Of a stretch of DNA of 64,000 bases, positions 38,595 to 64,000 are shown in pieces. Where the stretch lies: assembly GCA_002633005.1 (NCBI GenBank), contig NMRA01000084.1, positions 961,267-1,025,266 of the forward strand, read 5' to 3'. The notes under the pieces were generated by a model. That model saw only the letters and a list, made by a program, of their open reading frames with translations, did not search any database and was not told the origin of the DNA. The translations under genes and the position numbers were made by a program. Source of the DNA: Phoronis australis (lineage: Eukaryota > Animalia > Phoronida). The number at the start of each line of letters is the position of its first letter. Position 1 is the stretch's first letter.

Positions 38595-41500
38595 TCTACT
38601 CTCTCTATGTCCGCAAAGACGTGGCAAATCCTTCACAGTTTATGACGGTGTGGTGTTGTTTCTACATCCGGTAAAAGGCAGTAGTTACCGCCATCTGCTG
38701 TCGATTTTGAACTGTGGCCGTGTACTCGTGTCGGCGGGAGTCTTCTGCGTTTAGTGACGACTCGACCCTGGCGCCGACTCCTCGACATACCTCTGTAGTT
38801 GGTTTTAGCAGGTCGAAGCGTCCCCATTAAAGGCGTGCTTGTCGATTTTCACTTTCTTTTTTAAAATGCAACGTGTTAGTTGAGGTTCAAATTGGGAAAC
38901 CAGTGATTGTCAGCAGTGGTGGATCTAGGATATCACAAGGGGGGCCCAACATTTTGTCCGGCTGTAAGCATTTGCTCAAACCACGATTGTAGATGCGCAT
39001 AGAACCGAATAGGAGGAAGTTCAGTTTGTCTCCCTCACGCCCAGGAAATGTTTCTGTTTTTTCCTCTAAAAATCAAGCATTTTCTTTGATTCCTGAAGTA
39101 TTATCCAATAAAAAAGCAAAAAAAAAAGCGGAGAACGTGTCAAACAGGAAAAACTGCCAGTATCACAGATTCAACTCACGACGTAGTGGATAGAGCGCGA
39201 GTGCTTTACTACTACGCCTCCACGATTTACCTACTAGAGTTAAACTACAGTGTATAAGAGACCTACTTTTTATGGTCCACAGTGCCGTTTGCGCGCGAAA
39301 CCTACTTCTTTTTGTAATGCTTATTACACGTTTTATATTTTGTGCAATCGGTTCTTAAAATTTTTTTTTGTATTTAAAAGTCTTCAAATGCCCAAAAAAC
39401 CAAATCCGTTTTTCGTGTTGGCAATAATGACGGGATTGCTTTAGAAATCGTCTTAAGTTAAGGTTTGACAAAGAGTGAATTATGAGTTTCTGAGTGATTC
39501 ACTAAGGCTTCGATTAAAATTCACATCTTACCAGCAGCTTCTGTTTTTTCATCGTCACTCAGGTTCCATTTTCTTTAAAAAATGAAGTAAATTTTGTTCA
39601 TTGCACAGTGGAGCAGACGACGGAAACGGTCGCCTGGGATATCCTATACTTAGCCATAGCCTGTTCCGTTACGAATGTACCGTGTTCCGAATTTGACACT
39701 TGAAATTGGATCTACCCCCCCCCCCCAAGCACTAAAACTGCACACAATCCGTATAATTTTAATTACCGGGGTTAATTAATAAACTCAACATTTCCCTACG
39801 CTGTTGTTGTTTTATTTTGTGCGGCATCCCCCTGCCCCCCCCCCACCCTAAATCCGCCTATGGTCACTATACTGTAACCGGCCAGCTACTCATAACCGGC
39901 GTGTCAGTCCGACGCCCTCTTTTATCCTCAGTTTTTGCCTCGACAAGTTTTAAATAAGAAGAGAATATGTTTTCGACAATTTTTATTGACATATATACGT
40001 TTGATACGTTACATATTAAGTTTATTACGTTTCTGTTGGCGATCGAATTCCTATATGCGTTTTACGATTAGGCCTAATCCACAAACGCTGGGGCCTAAGT
40101 TGGGGGCGGCCGTGACTCAGCTCGGCTGAACCTGCCGGGCCAATTTCAGTTGGCCCGGGAGCCGGGAGTGAGGCGGCCTTACTCGGAGAATCCTATCGAG
40201 CTACACGACGAATAACTAAAATGACATGTCTTGCCGGCGAACTCTCTAATTGTCTCATATTTATATTGGACTTGATGAAGAAACATTACTAAGTGGCGGC
40301 AACGAACTCTTCTAGTTAACTGCTAATTAATAATTAAAAAATCAATGAGAAATCCTGGCACGCGATTGATTCTTATAGCTTCCGGCCGGGTGACTGATTA
40401 ACACAAAAATTTCGGAAATACGAGAACCGGCGATTGCAACAGGCCAAACAAAAATCCGGAACAAAACCGTTGTAATGAGTAGCTGCGTTATTCGGCTTTA
40501 TTTTACGAAAACTTTTCAGTGAACCTGACGTTTTTCTGCAGGTAAATGTTACCGAAGAACAGTGTCTTACACTTTGTACAATGTGGCCCGGACAATTGGA
40601 ATTTTGCCACTTTGCAGTCAGGAAACAATGGCCAATTAATATTGGCTATCACTCAGGGTTTTTTGGAGGAATTATTCATCGATAACTAAACAGGCGACGT
40701 AATGTCAATTGGTCCCAAAAAGCTCCTGGAGTAGTATTAAAATTGAGATCGCAGTATGACATTGAACTGTCACTCAATATAATACGATATGAGACAATTA
40801 ATCGAGAACTTCGTTGCAGTTTCGTAAGTTGCAATTTCGAGGAAGGACATTTTGCACCCAAAATTAGTGTTACTTGCGTTCTCAAACTTAAACAAAGTCT
40901 TCGTTTTTGTGTCCCAGGAACTGTAACTTCTAACCATTAGCTTGTGGTAGACAAGGTTCTGTTCGACTTAAATATGAAGTGCCTGAGAATGTCAGATTGT
41001 CAAATACCATCAAAGTAATCCTGTGCGATAGTTTGAAAGTAACCCCCTGCCTGGAGCTAAGGTCCCATGATTAGCCATGCACAGAAGGCCTCACTGGCAG
41101 TCCTGGCATGAAGTATGATTGGTTCAGCCGATAAGGATTCAATGAGCCCCTGAAATAATTCTCAGGCCAAGCCCGGAATATGCCGTTGACTGAAGTTGTG
41201 TTAACTTGAAGAAAGAATGAATAAACCGAAAGGACGTTCAGTGTCACAAAATGCATGCTGAATGGTGTTAACTGAAATCCTAAGCAGATGTCACATTGCG
41301 TCCGGAGTATATGCTTCCCGGGTTCTTTGTGTCCTGGTTCTATGACTCGTTAGCCGGGTTCTGTGTGTCCCGTTTTATGTACGGAAGCGCGTTCTGTGTG
41401 TCCCGATTTGCGTTAGTCCAGGCGCTAAGCGCCATTTTAGGCCACATGACAACTTTGTGGTGCTTTTTATGTGCCCAAATATTATATGTCGTGGACGCAT

Positions 41501-44500
41501 TATTGGCGTCATCCCCGTCCGTCCGGCGTCCGTCCAGCGTCCGCTGCTCTATCTCCAGGGCCCGACGCCGGAGTTCGGCCGATGGTCAGTATCAGAGCCG
41601 GACGTCACTTATCAATGGCCCCTGAAACTTTGTTCAAGGTTTTTATTTCAACAATTTGGTTCCCGTACTAGATTATTATTACTTTGGCGTTTCAGTGGTT
41701 ACTGACACTGGTTACATGATTACAGATTTAAACACAAAAGATGACGCTTGATAGCGTATGGCGTACTGGCCATTGGAAATTCAAGTAGAGATACACCGGA
41801 AAGTGAAACGAAAAGCTGTTTTGTTCTGGGAAAATAAGTGTACTTGTTACACCTCTTAGAAATTGTGACTATCCAACGATAACATGGCATACGGCAAAAT
41901 CTGTATCACCCAGAATGAGGAGCAGCAATAAAAACTGAATGTTTTTAGATGGCGGTGTAGTCGTCAGCCAAGAGATACCAGAGAAACAAGTTTGCAGTAG
42001 CACCATTGGCCAAACGATCTCAGGCTACCCCTTCCACTCGCGGAGTGTAAAAATCGCGTTCAAATGCAGTTAAGTGTGCATGCAAATTTGCACGTGCCAA
42101 TTTACGCCTGTAAAGTCCTAAGTCCCAGAGTACGTAGATTTTCTCCAAAGCGTATTTGCGATTCCACAAGAAAAAACGCTGCCATATCTTTCGGTCTCAT
42201 TAGGCACAGATGAACTGAATTCGAGATTGGATGTGGCAATAGTAAAACTGCTTTTTATGGAACAACGCTTTGGATCAACCCAAATGGACGAGCACATTCC
42301 AATTTGGCGTCGTCAGTGCACGCGACTTTACGCCATCAGGAGACTGAAAACCAACCGTGAAATTCGGGTCCTACCGTCAGGTATACGGCCTCTACCGTTG
42401 CATGCGGATTCGCTCTGCTTTCCCTTTATTTCGCGGCAAATAACTTGACGTATACATTACTTGTATTTTCACATATACATGTATGGGATAACTAAACACT
42501 CGAGTGTAAAGAGCGTCTTCGTTCGTAGTCGATGACGGCTATGAACTGGATTGCGACGGGCGAGTCATTTTAATAGCCGAGCTGTTATCACATGACCAAA
42601 AATCATTCATCTCGGTAAGGATCAAGTTAACACCAACAGTAAATCTGTAAGTCATCCACATCAAAATTTAGTTTCTTCGGCAGAACGCAAGTTTCGGCTT
42701 TAAACTAAAATCCCACGGAAATCAAATGATAAATGCAGGTCTCGTACTGATCAAAAACAAATAAAAATGTCATCAATGGCACGGCATGGTGATGCAGAAC
42801 GCATCACGGACCGCCGACTGGAAGGACGGATTTTCAAATAGAGAGGGCGAAAGGTAATTAGTTCGTGCCCGGTCGGTCTGGCCCTCTTATTTGAAGGTCC
42901 TAGTTTTCCTCCCCCACGACAGTCTGTGCGCACTTACGTCGCCAAATTTCAAAAAAAAATAGAGAAAATATATTAAAGTATAGTTTCTGCAAAATTTAAG
43001 GACGAAGAATTTGATTTGTGACTGTTTACCATCCTGCCATTAACGATCGAGATCACGTGATCACGTCTCTAGTAAAATTTAAGACTAAGAAAAGTAGGTT
43101 GATAACAAAACTGTCACTTCACACGTATGTTCAAGATGAAATCTCAAAAACGCTGTCACTGCTTTCTAAATTATGATTTCGTTTTCATTTTATGCAAATT
43201 TGGATTTTTTCATGAAATCAAAAGTTTTATTTTCACAGCCCCTCATTCAAAAATGGAATAGCAATTCCAATTTGAAACTTGGAAAACAGTGCATAAAGTC
43301 TCATATAAATCCGCCATTTTGAGACATGATTCCGAGGTTAGCCAAATTTGGACATTTGTCTATGATCCTACATACTGTAATCAATCATGCAGCAACTTAA
43401 GTATTCAAAGTAAATTACACATTTTTTGTCTTTTACAAAAAAAAAACGAAAGCACAGCTGATCAGATGTCTTCTACTTCACCAGAAATTCTCGAAAAGTT
43501 TATTCTAGTGTTTCAACTCTCATTTTCTTTTCCAAGGGAGATGCAATATTTTCAAACCTAGTCAGACAAGACCTCCAATCGATGAAGACGGTGATCGAAA
43601 CGACAGCCGGCAGAGAAAATGTCAAAAGGACAGAGCTAAAATGCTTTAAAATTCTATTTTCCCAATGTGAAAAAGCAAAAAAAAAAACAAAACATTGCAT
43701 TTCATCCTCACCAAAAGTAAGTGAAACAGTCTTGGTACCACAAAACCTAAGCACAAAACACATGGCAACATATCCCTAGGTAAAACATTTGTATATTAAA
43801 TAACACCACCAAAACAAAATAATATAAATAAGTAATAACCCATGAACAGTAAGAATCTATAAGCTAACACCATAAACAATTAACTTTCAGGTAAACATAC
43901 GTGACTTTTAGTTTGCAACCAAGGTATGGGGCACATTTACATTTGGGGTGCTTACCACACCGCAGACACAGCTCAAAAGGGTAATTGCTTTTGTGCCACC
44001 TTTTCTATAAATTACCTATTCTTCGAATGAGACATAACAAAAGGATTTCTGTTCGGAGTTAAACATTATTAATCCCACGCTTTCTGTAATGAAACTTTTC
44101 ACAACAAAATTGTTCTAAAACAGTTCAACGTAAGAGTTCTGGGCTAAGAATTAACAGTTATAGACCTGAAATTTTATAAGACTGGTCTGAAGAAATAACG
44201 AAATGTCAATTCTGTCCAGGCCTATCAGAATAACAAACTAAAAAGACCAATTTTAAAAAGGGGAGAGCCTAAATGAATACTTGGAGCTCGTTACAGAAAG
44301 CACAGGTATGCAGATTTTAAAAATTCTTCTTAAGTATTTCATTTTGCAGTATTATATCTAAAAGAAAGTCACTTTTGGGTTATCTTCCTGAGAAAGTTAA
44401 TCATGTATTGCTTCAGGTCTCAGCAGTATTTCCAGTATTTATTGCTAATGTAGGTGTTTCAAACCAACTTCCATAAAAAGTGAGTGAAACTAAATGAAGC

Positions 44501-46530
44501 ACTATGACCAGATGTCTTTTGCATTCCAAGTTCCTTCAAGAAGTCACTAATGTAATGCTAAGCTACTAAAAAAGCGGGACGCCTCTTTCACCAGCTGCAC
44601 AACCACCTACACATAATAAACACAAGAATGCTCACAACGTTGGAGATAGAAAGGCAATCAATCGTAACCTGATCAACAAATGAAGACCTTCTTTGCTCCA
44701 ATATAGTGAATGGTTACACATCAAAATTCTCGTTTAGTCTTTCGTAAACTAGTGGGAATTTTCTCAGAGTTTACAAGCCTGTTACTGAGTAACTCCACTG
44801 TATTGTTTATGACCCTAAACCACCTGGCCTTAGATAATTGTCCCAAACATCCATAACACCTTATATCCACCCTGGTTACAGGTAAGTATATCCATTTGGC
44901 TTTAGGTAACTCTTCGAGGTACACCTGATTTTCAGCACCACGAAGTGAAGGATTAATTTTCAGGCTCGCTGCTTCTGGACAACAGCCTGCAAGATGGCGC
45001 TGCTGTTGGATCATAACTGTTAAAGCTTATGACATGTCTCTAAGATGAAGAAAACTATAACTTGAATATTAAAATTAAACAGAGCGACAATTAAAAATTG
45101 AATTTAAAAGGAGTTAAAAGTTGTTTTGATACCAATGACCAAGACTGTATAAGCATATTAAGTAGAAACGTTTGTAAAAAATTTTATCAAAAATTCATCA
45201 TTTCAAACATTGTTCTTCCTCACAACTTATTGACAGAAACAACAGCAGCCATTCACTAGACAAGTGTAATAGTGTAATAGTGCAAACAGATGTCCTGTTG
45301 TAACCCCCAAAATTTCAAAAGATGGCAATGCATATGGGTTTAGTAGTAACTACAGTATAACACAGTCAATTAAATATTGGAAAATGCTTAATGACTTTGG
45401 CTAACATAATGCATTTTGAAAAGTCCTATGCAGCACTAATTTTGTCAATTCCGAATTTCAAGTTTCAAGGAGGTATAAATCATGTTAGTGATGGTGAATC
45501 ATTCTGTTGAAGCAATCAAAGATAACATTTTGCTTTAGGACACGTGGTTGGCATCAAAATATCACAGTTTACGTGGCATGCTCTAACTGCCCTAAGTGTG
45601 GCATGTAGCAGAGACTTGCACAGTCTATCAAAATCTTCTGCTCGACAGTGCGCATAAACTGTCTGGCAGAAATCACCAGATTATTAACTCTCATTATAGT
45701 TTTGAATTCTTAAGAAAAACTCACAAGAACTTTCACTGAGGGGTCCACATGATCTTAATCAGGTGGTCAGTGTAATGGGTCCAGCCATAGTAGCCTAAGA
45801 ATGCCACAAAAACATCAGGACACCTGCCACTCACGTTTTAGGTCTCTTGCTGCAATAATATTGGTGTCCTCCCGTTTCTTGAGAAGCGATTCAAAAGTTC
45901 TTTATCCTTTCAGTTTGGACTCATGGGGGGCGTTAGTTTCAATAGCATCAGTAGTAATGGTCATCACAGGAATCGCGGATGTTTTATTGTAACCAATTTC
46001 AAATCAAACCAAGAATAAGAAAGTAATGACATTGATTTAAAAGTGCGAATACCACGAATTTCACCTCGGAAACAACTCCATACGAAGGTCTACACCAACC
46101 AACATGCTAACATACAATTTAGCACCCAGAGAGAGATTTGATGAAATAAGTTCCTGCTATGGTACCATCCCACATACACAGACCATTAAAGTAAAATGAG
46201 GGTATGAGGGAATGGACCCACACGATCTCCAGTCCTAGGGTCAGTTGGGGCAACATTATTTTGTCATTTTTGCTTCCAATTTTAATGGACCTGTTGACCC
46301 GAGCTAAGCAATTACAATACGTCAATGAAATTATTTTTGCACCAATGACGCAGGGCACATAAAATTATCATGCAAATAAATATTAAAACAGTTCAGCCCG
46401 AAACAAACTGCACATATTAAATATTATATACTAACAAAAGAATATCGTAGAAGTAATAAGAAAATCGCATGAGAGCATTTTCGGTGAGGCTTTGGATTCG
46501 GAGGCGATGGATAACTGGCACGTGGGAAAG

Positions 46531-61346
<14,816 letters not shown>

Positions 61347-61823
61347 GTTTTCATTTAAAATGACGTAATTTGGTTCCATAACGAGGCGACGGGATTCCCC
61401 GCTATCTGACAGCTGTTCACTAGTCACCAGATCAATAGCAAAGTCCACAAGAGCATTCAGTTCTTATTTCTGAGAAAAGACGAGTTCGTTTTTATGCCAG
61501 GATATGCACACAGACAGTCTTTTGCTTCCGTTGACTTGTTTTGGCATCACTCTTCTTGCTCTCCATCTATGACATCATTTTTTTCTGTAATCCGTTCTGT
61601 ACGTGAGGAAACCTTTTACTGAGGAAAAAAGTGTTCTGACCTTTTTCTACTCATTTTATTGATGGTGGGTTAACAGAGCTCGACACAGTGGGGTGCCTTG
61701 GATACTTTAAACCAGGTTTCACTGAACCTGCTCACAGTAAACGAGAGTTTCAGGGAACGTTGAATGCACCCACAACTGCAATGCAATTCCAGTAGTTCTC
61801 CATGATAGCAAGTAGCAGCATAT

Positions 61824-62347
61824 ATTAATAAAAGCAACTACGGTTTTAAATCGACTTGACATGTTTCGGTGCCATATTTTATTCAAACACCATCATCTGA
61901 TGGTTCAGGGTAGTGTACAAATTTATCCGTACTGGATGTGGCTCCATTTGAAAAATCAGTACCAGGGAACATCTAAATTCTGACAGAAGTTCACAATCAC
62001 TGTAAATATTCACCTACAGAGCTCCAATCATTTTTATCAGCAGTGCTCTTTCAATGACATTGCAATAATAGACCAAGCAAAAACAACAAAGGAGCTTAAA
62101 ATTCGTGAGGCTCTACACATCAGTTGGTGCAAGCCCAATCTCAACAGGCAACTGGCACACCACAGGTTGTCATTGTTGGTCTAGTTTATTGTCACTCCCT
62201 GTAACTGACTGTATCTGGGCTTCATCACTTTAATTGTTGCTGGGCCTCGCTAGGTGGCGACTATGTTCTCTCTTCTGATGATGATGCTTGAATAAATGAC
62301 ACTGAAACATGTCAAGTCGATTTAAAACCATAGTAGTTTTTATTAAT
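61824..62347 (+). mobile_element. Penelope-like retroelement remnant with inverted pLTR arms
   Basis: 62053-62184 encodes NDIAIIDQAKTTKELKIREALHISWCKPNLNRQLAHHRLSLLV* (PLE endonuclease tail; not in the ORF track). Arms 61824-61900 and 62274-62347 are reverse complements. Confidence 0.8.
62272..62316 (+). ncRNA. Minimal type I hammerhead ribozyme motif of the Penelope pLTR type
   Basis: ctt-CTGATGA-tgatgc ttgaataaat gacact-GAAA-CATG-TC-aag. Both conserved core boxes are present, with a palindromic ACATGT stem III and a GUC cleavage triplet. Stem II is weakened in this copy. Confidence 0.65.
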
Positions 62348-63783
62348 TCCAGTAGTGTTTTTAATATCGTAAAAATGGCCTTAAACGGCACAGAATACAT
62401 TGAATCTATCCAAAGCAATTGAGGCGTCGTCTTGGTCTCTAAGAACACTGTCCGGCAAAATGAAATGAAAATCCACAAAGGAACTCTAAAGATAGATACA
62501 GGCGTAACTCACTTTTTAAAAAAAAATCCATTCGGAGGCACAGCAGTGATTCAATTGTTGACGAGTTTAAAATACGACTACACACGCCAAATTGTGACCT
62601 TGCAAAGGTTTAAGTAGAAATAAATACAGATGTCAACTACAAGAGCAACGCGGGGCGCCACGATAGCATTGCAAAAGGTGCTTCAATGAGTATTTTTAGA
62701 ATTGTAAAAATGTCCATTATATGCGGGAGGGGGGGGATCGGGGAGCTCGCGCGAGCCCCTCCTCTCATTTGGCGAAGTGGGCAAAAAGGTCCGCCTCAGA
62801 GAAACAAAAAGTCCGAGGAAAACGACACTAAAGTCCACTACAAATGCAAACAGGCAGGAATTCGGCGGGAATGCTCAATTCATAGCTCTGATTGTAGTAC
62901 CCGTTTATTTTTCTTAGTCCCCTTTTTTAGTAAAAGGTCCACATTCTCAAAAATTCGAGCCCCCTATATTTTAGGCTGGGTGCGCGCATGGTAATCAACT
63001 TCAAAAGAGATAGGTTACTATTCTTGTGATACTATGGGAAACTGCAAAATTATCTTATAACTAACCATCGGAAATAGTCCTTTTGTGTAATTCACAAATA
63101 GTGGTCTTCATCGTTCTTCAAAATTCCACCCCGGCTTTCAGCGGCGGTCGAATGTCTTGATACTGCTGTGCTGAGCACGAATGTTTTGTATATTTTTGAT
63201 GAATTAGGAATCTCAAATTCCCTCGCAAATACTTGGCAGTGTCGGATTTACATGTATAGAGGAACAAAGGGACATTTCCCCTGAACTGCTTCACCGACTC
63301 GGAGAGAGGAACCCGTCTGAAATGGGAACCTAAGATGAAAGGCTAAACCCTAATGATTGAAGCTTGGAAAACGAGTGACAGTTTATTCCATCGTCGTGTT
63401 GTCTCAAAACGAAGTGACTTTCAACATGCAAGCCGGTTGCACGATTTCACAAAAAGCAGCAAAATGGAGTTAATCGATTTCAACATTAGGCCCCGCTCTC
63501 TCCGTGTGTGGCCCCTTTAGAATTTGTCAATAAAAACACAAAATGGGTGGCCACTTGAATATCATGAATGCTCTCCTTCAAGGGCGGGGACCCTAAATAT
63601 GGAAATATCTATAAAAAATGGTTGCTTTATCTCAAGATCACTTGCATGAACTTGGAATAGATATTTATTCCAAGTCCACTTAAAAGATTCCAAGTTCACG
63701 TATAACAGAGTAGTTCAGTGTTAAGAGACCGTAGCGTCTTTGCGTTAAATACCATTTTTGTCTATAGATGTCGCTGTCAAAAC

Positions 63784-63856
63784 ATGGCGGCGCCCATTGG
63801 GATTTCGTTTTCAGCCATGTACAGATTGGTTTTGTCAACTTTGCCGGTGTTACGCG
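63784..63856 (+). CDS. Possible first coding exon of an unidentified gene divergent from TMEM245
   Basis: aacATGGCGGCG has a strong Kozak and YY1-like context and gives MAAPIGISFSAMYRLVLSTLPVLR. A possible donor g|gtgtgt follows; the rest would be outside the window. Confidence 0.35.
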
Positions 63857-64000
63857 GTGTGTTTCATTTTCATATACTTTTTTACCTATTACCACTTTCA
63901 CGTCCAGTTAAGTAGCCCTGTGACGCAAAATTGATGTCATGGCAAAGTATCACCAAAATTAATCCATGCTCAGTTTGTATTTGGAAATATGCTATTTCAT

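Noticed and set aside
38750-38822. Hammerhead-like TGACGA...GAAGCGTC with tcgacc/ggtcga stem near the GMPPA promoter
   Set aside because: Both core boxes deviate (GTGACGA, GAAG) and there is no stem I.

Overview
This is AT-rich, intron-rich animal genomic DNA (invertebrate bilaterian-like; the species cannot be determined from the window). It has an N gap at 1567-2119 and a single N at 53613. I rebuilt the gene models by hand from GT-AG sites and reading phase. Four genes are recognisable: one exon of ATP6V1F (+), TTC25/ODAD4 (+, 8878-23907), GMPPA (-, 38594-24882) and TMEM245 (-, 61346-46531). A decayed spliced coding relic lies at about 2.9-7.6 kb (-), and a possible gene start sits at the right edge. 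Introns carry Penelope-like GIY-YIG remnants with hammerhead-ribozyme motifs, a Harbinger-type MITE, minisatellites and a repeat family bearing CTCF motifs. The most notable signal is the isoform architecture of TTC25/ODAD4: two alternative first exons that each supply TPR1 helix A, a Cys/His-rich cassette or internal first exon, six phase-1 mini-exons with a UGCAUG cluster, and an alternative last exon ending in -SDV. A candidate cluster of 6-, 21- and 18-nt microexons lies in GMPPA intron 5. Gene names come from recalled protein similarity, not from a database search. Nothing here has been checked for novelty against databases.
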